From: Perna viridis
Taxonomy: Eukaryota
Reading direction: 5' to 3'
Assembly (NCBI GenBank): GCA_037379345.1
Contig: CM074516.1
Location: 38,353,626 to 38,417,625 of the forward strand
Length of the DNA: 64,000 bases
Within the stretch, counting starts at the first letter, position 1. Every line of letters begins with the position of its first letter. The notes under the pieces are model-generated. The model saw only the letters and a program-made list of their open reading frames with translations, was not told where the DNA came from and searched no databases. This document shows, piece after piece, positions 10,801-25,800 of the stretch. The position numbers and the translations under genes are program-made.

Positions 10801-13800
10801 TAGTAGAAAGTCATGATATAATAATAGGAAATAACATTGTTGTGTCATTACTTTATCAGTAAAATAACCACTTGTTTGGTAACAGCAGAAAAGGGCTAAA
10901 TGAGCTTATGTCATCATTCTTTGTCTGTCATCTGTGAGCCTTCAAAATTCAAAATTTTTATTAATTAGTATGAAAGAGGATAATTTCATATTACTGGTTT
11001 TCAACAATACTTGTACTGAATGATATAAAGGTGGACCTTTCTAAAAAAACATACTGGTGAGTTTAACTCAAAGTGATATATTATTGTGCTGATCCACACT
11101 GAGAAATTGTTTCAACAAACAATTAACAAATTGATATTCTGGTAACTCCTTGATTCACCATAGAAACCCAATAAAAAAAATCCTTATCAGAAGTAGTGTA
11201 TGTAATATTGTTATTAGTCTATACTTTTTAGGCTATAACTATTTTATTTTTAGAGATAGGCTTCTGATATTTTGTAAACAATACAATATACTAGAGCTTG
11301 GTTTCATATGGTGTTGAACTCTTGTTTTTTTTAAGTCAGATCTTGTTGTTTTTCATGGCCTTTTTTAAAAGTAACTATTATTGTCTGAGCTTAAATTTTT
11401 TGCCTTTCAGGATATGCTTTTTATATAGACAATAACAAACCAATGTGGCATAAATTTACCAGGATTTAAGACTTTTACCTTTTAAATTTGACCTAATATA
11501 TGTTTTTTTCCTTTTGTATTAGAAGAAACTGCTTTTTGCTGGCCCTTGTTTAGCTCACCTGGCCTTTGATACCACTCAGTGGGTTACCAGCATTTAGGGT
11601 ATCTAAAACATGGCCAAAATTACTATTTTTAGACCACAGGGGTAAAGTTTAAAAGAGATATTTGAAAGTAAATGTGACTTTCATCTTTAGCTTGAAGAGC
11701 TCTATGTATACGAAAGTTTACATTGGGTCAAAGTTGTTGGACAACTTTTGTTGGAGTTATTGCCCTTGAAAGTCTCCATCAAGTCAAAATTTTCAGACAA
11801 TTACTTGTTGGAGTTATTGCACCTGAAAGATTTTTGCAGTTTTCCACCAATATCTTGAAAACTATAATAGACAGAGAAAAAAAATTTCTATAGATGAAAT
11901 TAATCTTATGACAAGTCCTACAATTCCAAATTTTCAGACAACTCCTTGTTAGAGTTATATTGCCATTGACAGGCAAAAAAATGATTTTTTTTTTACAGTT
12001 TTTAGCCAATATCTTCAAAACTATGATAGAAAGAAACAAAATTTCAATTGATGAAATGATCATACAAAAGTCTTCACAAGTCAGACTTGTCTGATAACTT
12101 CTTCTTAGAGCTATTGCCCTTGAAATGGGAAATATGACGTTTTTTGCAGTTTTCAGCCAATATCTCGAAAACTATAACTGATATTCATTTGATGAAATGA
12201 TCTTTATGATATGTCCTACAAAAGTCTCCATCAAGTCAATGGGTCTGACAACTCCTTGTTAGAGTTGTTGACCTTGAAAGGGGAAAAAATAATGTTTTTT
12301 GTAGTTTTCAGTGATTTATCTAGTAAAGTATGATCGATAGAAAGAAATCAAAGACTGAAGTCTTCAAAGTAACTAATTGTCAAATATTTTATGCCACTGA
12401 TTTTGGCTTTCAACATCTGAAATGGCAAGAATGCTATATGCTCTAAAATTGGGTGACTTCCGCTAGAATTTTGGTTCCCTTCAATCCCTTGATATGTTTA
12501 CTCTTTCATAACTGGATGAAATGTTTTTTAATCGAAACAACTGGTTACTTGGAATTGCGGATAATGTTTTCATTTCACAAGTTTCTCTCAAATTTTTAGT
12601 GATCTTTGGGTTGCTAATGATATTGACCAGGGAACTAGATTAGGAACCATATTAAACAACTAGCAATGACTATATACATATATATATCTTGGGGCCCTGA
12701 AAATATATATGACCGATAAAGTCAATGGTAATGAGCCCCTTTATCTAAATCGGAAACTGGGTAATGTTCAATGCTAACAGATCATTTCATCTTTTTATAT
12801 AAACTTCCCATTCTCATACAAGCAAAAAAAAACACATAGAACACATGTTATTGATATTTAAAAGGTACATTTTGATCTCCTTTGAAGCTAGAACTATGAA
12901 GCTATAACGTTAAAGACAGCACTGATCAGCACCTTAATGTGGAATAGTAGTATATAATTATGTAGATCCTATGTGAATGTAAAGTGCTGAGATTACGAGT
13001 GCAAGAAGTCGCTAACAATATTAGTGAATTAAAAACATTCAGTTGATGAAATGAATCTTTTGATAAGGTCTTCAAAAGTCTTTTGGATTGAAGTTGTTGG
13101 TTGATTCCTTGCTAGAGTTATTGTCCTGGAAAGGTGAAAACTGACTTTTTTACATCACAGATAGATTAGAAAATATCTTTTTTTTATAGTTGATAAAATT
13201 ATTTTTATGATAAGGTCATTGAAGTTGTAAGATGACTTCTTGTTAGAGTTATTGCCCATGAAGGACAAAAATTGAAGCAGGTGAGCAATTCAGGTTCCTG
13301 GGAGCCTCTTGTTTACTTTAAAGATAGGCTTTTGATATTTTTCATGTGGGTCAGAAGGTAATGTGTCTTGTTATTTATATGGTTATATTTGACCATGTAC
13401 TTTGAACCTAAAGTCAAATTCTGAGTTATTTCTTAGTACTTGAGTTGCAACAATTTGCTTGTAATGTTTCTAAATAAGCTTTTACTTTAATGTTGCTGGA
13501 GTATATAAGGGTAACTGTTTTGCTGTTCCTGTGTAAAATGTTGTTTTTGGGCCAGCTACAGCCTGTCCTGTGGTATGAGGGTTTCTTTGTTGTTTATTGA
13601 AGACCCATGGCTTGCCTTGAACTACATTTTTCATCCCAGTGGGATTGTGGTTTCTTTGACATATTCATTGTATCCGTTCTCATTATATATTTTAATATTT
13701 GATATGTGAATGTACAAGGTGATGTATAATTAGCATACTAGGGTTTGCTAATTACTTTGAAAAAATTATTTTTTATGGAATACCAAATTTCATGGGTTTT

Positions 13801-16800
13801 GTGGGTTTGGTAAACCACAAACTTTCATTCCCAATGAAAAGGAAATTTTCCATTCGTTTGTATGAGTTGTCAAATCCATGAATTTAAGAATCCATGAACT
13901 GATAATTTTCCCCTAAACCACAAAAATTATTACTGATGAATAAAAGTACTTTCACAGTATAAACTTTGATTTCAATATTTAAGTTGAATTTTGTATTTAA
14001 AATTAGTTTTTTGTAATGTAACAAATCTTGTCAATGCTGTAATTGTTTTTTTCTTTTAAAGTTTTGTGTATTGCTTATAGATTGGGCATACATTGTAAGT
14101 AATTTTGCTGTCCAATATCAACTTCCTTTTTGAGTGGAAGCAAACCAAGCACAACAATAAGTACAACTTCATGTTATATCCAAGCGAGCAAGTTATGCTC
14201 CTATAAGCCAAAATTTTAATTTCAGAAACCAGCTGCTATTCAGATAGACACTTCACAGAGGCTGTCAGATCTAAGGAATCATTTTATATCTGTTGGGATC
14301 AAAGGATATATCATACCCTCTGTTGATGCTCATCTGGTAAGTGGTGCTTCAAGAAAAGTTAACCATAAACAGGAAAGTGCCATCGAAAATGAGGATATCG
14401 AAGAGAGTAAATCTTTGGGCAAGAGCACATTAACTGACAAAGACAAACAACAAGGAAGACAAAAAATAAAAATATGCACCGACAAAGCAGCACTAATCAA
14501 TAGTAAACTTCTGTGTGACCATTTTAATATGCTCATCATTTCCTGGATGGCCCCGTGCAGTTCCGGGTGTTAAAAGAATAGGCCTGCAGCAGCGCTAAGC
14601 TTGTCGTAAAAGGCGACTAAATAGTGCTCAGAACTCTAGCCGGGGGCTAGGGCACTCTGCCCACAGAGCAACTGGGATGTGTGCCCCAGGTGGTGGAATG
14701 AGGTACCCTTGGCGTGTTGCATGCTTGGGTTGTCAGGCTATAATACGGAAAACCTGACCGCAAACCATAGTGGTGCATCGTGTTGGGAAAGATGCCACAT
14801 TCCTCGCATGTTAAAGAACCCTACTGTGGTATTCTCCCAGAGTAGGAACCATAGGGCTCCGCCACAGGAGGCTAAATTGCCCGACCCTACCCACCTCTCC
14901 TTATTTCCAGTGGCAATCTAAATTTGTCGACCCCATTGTCCTTGTGTCCCATCCCTTTTTCATTTCATCACCATTTCATGTTCATTTTATCATCAATTTC
15001 ATGTTCATCGTCTGAATATAGCTGAAATATTGCTGCTCGGACGTTAAACCCCAACAAACAAACAAAAATTTCCTGGATGTATTATGTTTATTGCACCTTT
15101 ACTTAAAAATGCTTTTAAGGATTTCCCTTCATAATTGTTTTTTCCAATGTTTGTCTGCATGACATGAATCTCTACTTTTTGCATTATTTTCATTGTTTTT
15201 TCTTTATTTTTGAATTCAAATTTTTGACATAAATATAGGAAAGAAAGGTAGGATGTATCATATCCTTAACACAGCTGTCCAACAGATTTATTTAACAGTA
15301 CAGTTTGAGAACATACTTTGGTAACACGTGGAAGATTCTTTTCCATTGACACAGTCTCATTTGGGAAATTTTTACTTAAAAAAAAATTTGTATATGAAAT
15401 TCAACTATGAAGTATTTTTTGCAGAAAAATAGTGATTTTAATTGATATAAAAATACTTTCATATTTTTATTGCATGTTACTGCTGAGAAGATATCCAGAA
15501 TAAATCATGGTTATAGAAAAAGATAATTATCAAATCTATTGTTTAAAAAAACTGGTAAAAAAAACTAAAAAATACAGTATGATTTAATGCCTTCTGTTTT
15601 AATAGAGTGAATATGTTGCTGATTATGACAAGAGGAGACAATTCATCTCTGGATTTTCTGGATCTCAAGGTAAATTATTAACTTCATTTTCTCATTGATT
15701 AATAAGGTGAAAATCAAAAGTATAGTTGCTGGAAGTCTAAATGCTAAATAATTTCGTGAAAGGGAAATCCAAGGAACCACGATGCGAACATTGTTTGAAA
15801 AGAACATAATCCAGTTATAATGACTAGACAAAGAAAATAGACACACACAACAAAGAACATAAACATTACAAATAATAAAAAAACGTGCATTATTTAATGC
15901 TAACTCCTTAACATTTTAAAATACTGGTACTTATGACTCTCACCGCCTCCTTCAGCCATACCAGCTAGTATATAAACCATTACAATATTTATCATTATTT
16001 GTAGGTACTGCAGTTGTCCTTGAGAACAAGGCAGCTCTATGGACAGATGGGAGGTACTTCTTACAGGCTGAGGATCAGATGGACTGTAACTGGATACTTA
16101 TGAAAAGTGCTTATGGTGTGTTAAATGTGCAAGTTTACTTTGGACATAATGAATTTGCATACTCACGATTGCAGTTGTACTATGAAGTGTTCATGAAGGG
16201 CTAGTTTTTGTTTTAAATTCCACAAGTAATGTTTTAAGTATAATTATAGATACCACCATGTCCATCAATCCATGTGCCATGTAACTAAATGGTTGGATGA
16301 AATCTGTAAATATGCAAGATAGAGGGTAGTTCTTCTTGTATTCTTTGAAAGGGGGATAGTTTAACTTGAGGTCTGTACATGTTGCATGTAGGGGGTATCA
16401 CTCATTGATCTTACTCATAGTTCTAAATTAAAAAAAATAAATGACTTAATAAACCACAATGTTTTGACTTGACCTAATTCTAGCAGTAAAATATAGTCAA
16501 TAAATATTGTATTCTGAGCAGACCAGAGACACAGTCAACTACATTATCTTTTTGTGTTTTTTTCATTTATTACTGGTATTTTTCCTCACAGATTTGTACT
16601 TTTTTATTATTATTATTTTGTAATTTTTTAAATATACGGCAAAACAGGTACATAGTGCAAACAACATGATAAAAGTTCATATACATATACTGATACTGAC
16701 AGTTAAATACTGTGTAGAAAAGTATACAATAGTCAATTAGTAATTAATAACTGAATTATTACTGATATTAGTTATCTACACCCAGGATATACTCAAAAAT

Positions 16801-19800
16801 TCTTTTTTTGTTTAGGGAAAACATGTATCTATGACATTTTCTCAAATTTAATGTTATATAAATTCGCAGAAAAAATGGTTTTGTTCTAGCACATTAAACA
16901 CATCAATTAAATATTTAGCTACCATAGAAATATGTTTCACTTAATATATAGATATTTCAGGTACTTCATATCCACATCACATAAAAAGAGAGATACTAAA
17001 GAAATCCAGATATCTCTGTTGTACATCCAGTCAAAACTTTCTTTTGTTTCATTGCAAAATGAAAGAAAATTTTCTTCATATTTTTTATGACTGTTTGTTA
17101 TACTTTACCATTATGGAATTATTCTTATTTTAGGATCAGATACAGTGCCATCTATCACAGAGTGGATTATAGCTAACTTGGAGATGGGTGGAGGAAGTGT
17201 AGGGGCTTACCCCTTCTTACTGGGTGGTGGTAATTTCTCTTTATTGTCACTTTAGTTTTGAAACTGTCTTTTTTTTTGGACAAAAAATGAATTGAAGCTT
17301 TGTGAGATGATGAAATCTTTGGTAACTTCCACTCTGTCTTATAAGTATCAAATTTTTTAATACTTTCTTTTCCTTGTAATGATATTCCATTTTTGAGAAC
17401 TGAGTTTTTGGGTATAAAAAGAACATTCTGTTTGTATTACTCCTCTTGTCTGTCTTAAGGAAAACTCCTTCAAAAAATTATAAATAGCTAAAACAAAACC
17501 TGCTGTTGTTTATTTCTGGAAAATGTCCTTGCATTTGATTAAAATTATCTGATTATCTTCTAAAGAGGAGATTATTATTATTATTATATGGTGCCAATAT
17601 TGCAATCAGCTTGTTTGTCCATCTGTTTCTCAGCTTATATTGAAGTTAATGCTTAAATATTTGGTGTATAGCTTTTGCATGATGATTTGTACCATGTTTC
17701 CCCTTTCCAGGTTCGACACTTATTTACTTCCTGTAGAAATTGTAAAAAAAAATTGCTGAATGAACTTGATTGTTTGATACAGAAAATCCACTTTTTCTGC
17801 AGTGACTGACAGAGACTTGTTACTATTACATGTTAAGAATTATCATACATACAGATAACAAGCACTTAGTTCCAATGCATTGTTCTACTAGGTAGATTTA
17901 ACTTAGTACTTAGATTGGTGGCTATTTTACCTATTATTCATTTCTTGAAATGTTCATACAGCAAAAACCATCCTGTTTTAACTGGGAGATGTAATTCAGT
18001 TTTGTGAAGGCCTCCACTTTTTCTTTTCCTAAAATAGACATTTTTAGCATATCCTTTATAATCTCAGATCAGGTTGTTGATTAATTTACAAACCTATTTT
18101 CTTACCTTTAGGTGACTGGTTGTTTAAGACAGAATTACTAGAAGAGCATGGTATACAGTTAGTAAGAGTGGAGGATGAGTTGGTAGATAAGATTTGGACA
18201 ACAGGAAGACCACCAATACCAAGATCAAAGATACATTCCATGATGTTCAAATTTACTGGTAAGATTGGATGTCTACATGAATCAAATTTACTGTATTGTT
18301 ATAAGGAATATGTATGCATTACCTTGGCCTTACAACATTGCAGAAAAAAAATGGCACGCTGACAATTTTAATTAAACAGGTATTTGCAGGAAATTTAAGA
18401 GCTAAAATAATTATCATAATTTACTAGAAATTTTTATTTTATCTGAATTGTAATTAACTATCTTCAGTTCAGTCAGACTGACACAAAACAAGATGCTCAT
18501 GTACAAAACATTATAAAATCCTGGAAATTAGGAATCTCTATGTAAAAGAACCATTTATTGAAGGTGACAAAAAATAAACTGTCTTTTAATCTCATTGACT
18601 TGCATATAAATTGGCATAAAAACAATTAATTTTGAATACTTCTTTAATAAATTAGCCATTTTTGACTGGTTGAGAACATTTTTGCCAGAAAGTTCATACT
18701 TGAGGAACTTCTTCAGATCATTAATATATGCTTGAATGCCGGTCAGATTGAAACCAATATGGCCACTGTGTAGTATTGGAACAATGCCTTTTAAAAAGGA
18801 ACTAAAGAGAAGAAAAAAAATATTTTAGATATTCTGCATTGAAGTTTTAAATGAAAACTTTACACTTACTATCAGTTTTCAATGTCAACTATCACTTTGT
18901 CCATGCCGCCTTTACTGTCGTTGTTCCGCGGATTTGATATCGATTATGTGTAAATATTCCTCCGCGCTCCCATACGTGTGCAAGGGAACAGTGTATCAAT
19001 ATATCTGACTGAGGCTTTCAGAGGGTAACTTTTGATTGCTTGACAGAATTATAAGGATTATACAGCTATTTTCAGTCATTTGTGTATATATGAATGGATC
19101 TCTCCACTCCCAAACATTACATGAACGGCCTATAGGTGTTCATTGAGTTTGGGAGCTACAAGATCCATTTATACATGCATGAAGGATCGAAAATAGGTAT
19201 TTAATCCTTATAATAGTCTTCTTTTTTAATTTGATTTCACCAGGAAAGACTTGGGAAAACAAAGTTACAGATGTACAGGAGGAGATGGCAGAAAAAAATG
19301 TTGATGCATTGGTCATTACTAGCCTAGATGAAGTAGCTTGTAAGTACAGAGGTAAAAGGTTAAATCTAAGAATAGGATAGAAATTAAAAAACAACAAAAT
19401 ACTAACAGTAGCATCATCAGTAAAAATATATTAGATAACAAGCTAAAAGATAACAAGGAACTCAAAGCCAACAAGAATTGTTGCAAATTAGGAAATCAAT
19501 TCAAGAATAGTCAAGGTCTATTCTAATGGTACTAGTGTCTGCTGTTTTTATCTGCTGACTCCAAAATTGATAGAACAACTCCAATCTCTAAATCAAATGT
19601 GATTTTGAAAACTTAGTAAAAGCAATTTAAATCTAAATAACTGTTTTCATAGTCAGAAAAGCTTTTTCTTTTTAGAATATTTTAACTCTATACTTGTCAA
19701 GGATATATGTTTCAGGGTTAACAAACTGTAGAGCATCAGATGTACCTTATAACCCTGTATTTATGTCATATGTCATCATTGATAGGCCAACAAATACTAC

Positions 19801-22800
19801 CAAGTAAGTCATAACATCTCACTGACTTCACTAAAATCCAACTATTCAAAGTATGTTTTTTTTGTTTGCTGATGACATCACAGTCCATTTGACTTAATGT
19901 TTTTATTGGTAATTGCCAATATTTAACAGTATCACAGAAGTAGCATGAGATTTAAAATATCAGGCTGTAACAGAAATGGAAAATGATCAAGCTGTAAATA
20001 AACTATCATATGAGGTCATAATGGATGGCAGTGACAATATAAACACTGAGTAAAGTCATAATGGATGGCAGTGACTATAAACACTGAGTACAGTCAAATG
20101 GAGGGCAGTGACAATATAAACACTGAGTAAAGTCATAATGGATGGCAGTGACAATATAAACACTGAGTAAAGTCATAATGGATTGCAGTGACAATATAAA
20201 CAGTGAGTAAAGTCAAATGGATGGCAGTGACAATATAAACATTGAGTAAAGTCATAATGGATGGCAGTGACAATATAAACACTGAGTAAAGTCAAATGGA
20301 TGGCAGTGACAATATAAACATTGAGTAAAGTCATAATGGATGGCAGTGACAATATAAACATTGAGTAAAGTCATAATGGATGGCAGTGATAATATAAAGA
20401 GTGAGTAAAGTCATAATGGATGGCAGTGACGATATAAACACTGAGTAAAGTCAAATGGATGGCAGTGAAAATATAAACACTGAGTAAAGTCAAATGGATG
20501 GCAGGGACAATATAAAGAGTGAGTAAAGTCAAATGGATGGCAGTGACAATATAAACATTGAGTAAAGTCATACTGGATGGCAGTGACAATATAAACACTG
20601 AGTAAAGTCATAATGGATGGCAGTGACAATATAAACAGTGAGTAAAGTCATAATGGATGGCAGTGACAATATAAACACTGAGTAAAGTCAAATGGAGGGC
20701 AGTGACAATATAAACACTGAGTAAAGTCATAATGGATGGCAGTGACAATATAAACAGTGAGTAAAGTCATAATGGATGGCAGTGACAATATAAACACTGA
20801 GTAAAGTCAAATGGAGGGCAGTGACAATATAAACACTGAGTAAAGTCATAATGGATGGCAGTGACAATATAAACACTGAGTAAAGTCAAATGGATGGCAG
20901 TGACAATATAAACACTGAGTAAAGTCATAATGGATGGCAGTGACAATATAAACAGTGAGTAAAGTCAAATGGATGGCAGTGACAATATAAACAGTGAGTA
21001 AAGTCAAATGGATGGCAGTGACAATATAAACACTGAGTAAAGTCATAATGGATGGCAGTGACAATATAAACAGTGAGTAAAGTCAAATGGATGGCAGTGA
21101 CAATATAAACACTGAGTAAAGTCAAATGGAGGGCAGTGACAATATAAACACTGAGTAAAGTCATAATGGATGGCAGTGACAATATAAACACTGAGTAAAG
21201 TCAAATGGATGGCAGTGACAATATAAACACTGAGAAAAGTCATAATGGATGGCAGTGACAATATAAACACTGAGTAAAGTCAAATGGATGGCAGTGACAA
21301 TATAAACACTGAGTAAAGTCAAATGGATGGCAGTGACAATATAAACACTGAGTAAAGTCAAATGGATGGCAGTGACAATATAAACACTGAGTAAAGTCAA
21401 ATGGAGGGCAGTGACAATATAAACACTGAGTAAAGTCATAATGGATGGCAGTGACAATATAAACACTGAGTAAAGTCAAATGGATGGCAGTGACAATATA
21501 AACACTGAGAAAAGTCATAATGGATGGCAGTGACAATATAAACACTGAGTAAAGTCAAATGGATGGCAGTGACAATATAAACACTGAGTAAAGTCAAATG
21601 GATGGCAGTGACAATATAAACACTGAGTAAAGTCAAATGCAATAGAAACATGAAGAATCAACTCAAAAGAATTCTACCTATTACTTAATTCATTTTGTTT
21701 ATATTACACTTTTTTCTTGTGTCAGGAGAGATGTAAAAACAGAAACATTCATTTCTGGTGTAAAAATATGTCATAAATAGATTAATACATGGCTTTTCAA
21801 ATATTGTCCTTGTTATAAGCCCTTAATTGGTATCACTTGTTTTCATCCTTGATGATCTAGGAACAAACCATTAGGAAGTGGATATCAAATGTATTGTTAC
21901 TGAGGTTCAAACTGCCATTGGATCTTTCTGCCCAGTTTAATGTTTCACATTAATCTCTGTATTTTCTACTAAGAATCTAATATCCTATTTGCCCCCAAAA
22001 AATTCTGCAAGATGGCAGAAAATGTTTTTTGCTTCTTTGAGAGAGGTTTGAGTTCACCTATATATTATATTACACCATCACTCGGCAAAGAGGTGGTATT
22101 TTGGAGTGAACTTCTCTATTAAATTCTTCAATCCATCCATCCATATTTCATCACAATTGTCTCAACTCCCTATGGATTATGGTCTATATGATGAAATGTA
22201 TAATTATTCATTCCAATCTGTCTGCTCTTAGGAGATAATGTACATTGAAAATCCAACAGTTTCTATTGAACTTTAGTGTCATTTACAGAGTTGTCTCCCC
22301 GAATTTTGAATTGTACAGTACATTCTATATTATTTTTATCTCCTATGAATATGGGTTACATGAAAAGCAAATGTTACTTTCTATTTACTATGGCAATGTT
22401 AACAAAATATCAAAAATAAAAATATGAATCACATTTTGCATGATTCTTAACTGGGGCAGTACTTAAGATCTGTGTTTATATTTAGGTTATACATTAGAGA
22501 CATAAGTAGGAAGTTATCAGCTGAATTTGATCCAGAAATATCAGATAAATCTTTACAGAACCACCTGAATACAGGAAGTGATGGTAACTGTGGTACCAGA
22601 CCTAACCCTAATAGAATGTGTATTGAGGTATGTCATCTCTATATATAGAAATTTGTTTCTGCTCATTTCATTCAGGATTTATCATTTTCAATGTTTGACC
22701 AATGTATACAATATAACTGACTATAGGGTAGTTTATACCGTAACGAGCCATTAATATGCAATGGTTCTGCAATGATAACTTGGTCAAATATTTAAAACAG

Positions 22801-25800
22801 TCCTGAAATTTTTTACCCTGGTAATTGATTCCAGAGTTCAGGTTGTATGATTTACTACCAGATGATGTGACTTTTCTTTTTTGAGAATTATATGTTTTGC
22901 AAGGACTGATCACATGATACCACTTGTAGGTCATAATCTAGCCAGATTTTTTAAATCAATATTCAGTACTACAGTTATCAATATTAAGAAGTGCCTACCT
23001 TCTACTCTAATTGATATCTTCATGATTCTGTGAATAATTATAAGAGCCTGATACCTGCTTGAAATAAGGTCTTATAGAAGTAATCTGTAACTTTATTTAT
23101 AGGTACATGACTATGATGCAATACTAGATAGTGTGAGAGAACTGAATGCTACGGCTGACAAGATTTGGTTATCCTATTCATGTAGCTATGCCATATATGG
23201 CCTGATTAATAAAGTATGTATACAAAGAAATGTCTATAAATTTGACTGTTAATAAATCTTTGGAAGATTTAAATGATATGGCAATGTTACTATATTAGTA
23301 CTAAATATGATTCTTCCATTTTAGAAACTATATTTTCTGTATTATTGAGTGAACGGCTTGAATTATTTTGAATTTATAAAGCTTGCACTTTTTGCACACA
23401 AAAAATAAAATAACTCAGTGATTTATGTGACTACAGAATGTTCCTGAAAAATTAGAAATTTCTTGTTCTTCCAGGATAAAATGTACCAAGCTAATACTCC
23501 TATAGCCTTAATGAAATCTGTAAAGAATTCTGTTGAACAAGTTGGCTTAAGAAATAGTCATGTAAGTATGAGTAAAGATTTGTCACAGTGAAATATATTT
23601 CCTAAGAATTATTTTGATTTATGTGGGTTATTTTGTTTTAACATCTAAGAAAGTTCCATTTCTTTAAATCTGTACCCAATGTTTATTCGTTATGAAGAAT
23701 ATTCCTCTGGAACATAAACTTTATGATGATGGTTCCTCTTGAACAAATTTATTTTGTTTTGTTCCCAAGAACTTTTTTTGGACCTGAACCTTGGCATTCT
23801 AGGAATAATAGCTAAAACAGTTCTCTTTGGTGCAATGAAAAATGCTGAGTAGTTCTGATTGATGAGGATTCTGGACATTACTAGATTGTTTCTAATTTTA
23901 GATTAGAGATGGTGTTGCATTGATCAAATTTATAGCTAAGCTGGAAAAAGAGGTAGGGTTAATATATAGTTATTTCATAGACTGGTCTTAGAAGTTAATA
24001 CTGTGAAAGTACTTTAATTCGTGGAAATCAATTTCCGTGGATAAGGGAAGAAACACAAGTTCGCGGATTCTTGCATTCGTTGTTTGAGGTTTTCAGTATA
24101 CACATCAATGGAAATATTCTATTTGATTGGAACCAAATTTCATGGATTGACCTTCCCACGAAGACCACGAAAATTGGTACCCCACGAACAATAGTACTTT
24201 TACAGTAACTTAAAAAAAAAAAGATTTTCTGTTGCTTTTTTTTAATTATTTTTTTTTGTTATGTTATTATTTTTTTTAGAGTTTCCTTAGTATTTTTAGC
24301 CAGATAATATACTTAAGCTTTCCTATATCAGCTGCTGCTGATTGAATTCAGAGGCAAAGTATATTGACAGTATACAAGGAATATAAGTACTAGTACTGTC
24401 AATCATGACAATTTGTCTTCCTGTTATTATAATTTTAGCCATGAAACTGGCAGTTAAATCTCTAGTGTTCATGGTTATGTTCAATGTAGATCACCTTATA
24501 TTTTTAGTCTATAGATTTTCCTGATTTTTCTCAGAGATGGTATTGAATGAACATATTTAAGAATTCCAATAAAAAAAATGGTTATTCAGTTTTTAAGTTA
24601 TTCCAAAAAAGATTCTCCATGTGAAAGGTACAATCTACCTCTGTTGATTTGTATAGATAAATCTGAATGTGCATACAGTGGTTTTGGCAATGCATTCCTG
24701 ACATCAAGATAAACTACACACAAAGATTTCTTTGGAGATGGTTATTAGTCTGCTTTTTATGTGATTTATAGAAGAAATAACTTTTTCAGGTACAAGAAGG
24801 GAAACACTGGACTGAATTATCTGCTGCTGAACAAGCTGCCAAGTTTAGAGGGTATGAATGAGATATTTCTTAGATATTGAGAGTCTCATTTTAACATCTG
24901 TACAATCTCATGAAAATTTTTGTATAAAATTGTTGACACTATATGCTTACCATGAGAATAACTTCTGAACCCCTCAAAATTATAATCTTTTGTGTCAAAA
25001 TGGAGCAGTTCCACTAATTCTGATGTGATTTAGTTATCAGAATTGGCAAGTGGCTCTTCATTATCACTGTCTATGTCTGGTAACTGTGAAAGGTGTACAT
25101 GGGATCTGAAAAAATTATATAACACATTTCCTAATTTTCTGCAACTGGAAGCCTAAGCTATAAGTTGACTGAGACGGAAATTAAATAAAAACATTCATTT
25201 GATTCATATTAAGCCAGAAATGATTGGAACAACTTGATTATCATACATTCAATTTCAGGGAACAAAAATACAACCGAGGATTGAGTTTTGAGTCTATTTC
25301 AAGCAGTGGTTTCCATGGTGCAGTCATTCATTACAGCCCAACAAATAAAACAGATAAACGTATTACAACTTCTGAGATGTATCTGCTGGACTCTGGTGGA
25401 CAATACATGTAAGTAAACTATACATTTATTGGTCTGTTTATTTTGTTGTTGTGATTTAGTGAACAATAACTGTATGCCAACTCTTCACCTGTTTTTGATT
25501 TGGTATTAGTTCTAGTGGACAGTACCTATAGGGTAACTTCACATCTGGGTGTGTTTGATACAATGTAGGGTTACTAATGGACAATAACTGTAGGTTAAGA
25601 ATATACATGGTATGTGTTTTATTCACTGTAGGGTCTTAAATACGCACTATCTGTAGGTTGACTATTCACTAGGGGTGTGTTTGATTCAATGTAAGGTCAA
25701 TCAATGGTGGACAATACCTATAGATTAAGTGTACACCTGAGTGTGTTTGACTCAGTGTGTGGTCTCTTGGGTAATACCTGTCAATTTACTATTTCTTGGG

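Noticed and set aside
14793-14882. HDV-like ribozyme suggested by acat-tcctcgc-atgt and ctcc..ggag-gctaa
   Set aside because: No P1/P1.1/P2 pairing could be placed, and the second copy disrupts the stem.
14679-14921. Paralogous MCPRWWN ORFs here and at 26213-26476
   Set aside because: Both are readings of the same SINE, start at GTG, and lie in introns.
20015-21639. CRISPR-like array, and Cys/His-rich ORFs on the minus strand
   Set aside because: Head-to-tail units with no unique spacers, no cas genes, eukaryotic intron. The ORFs are frame-shifting translations of the satellite.
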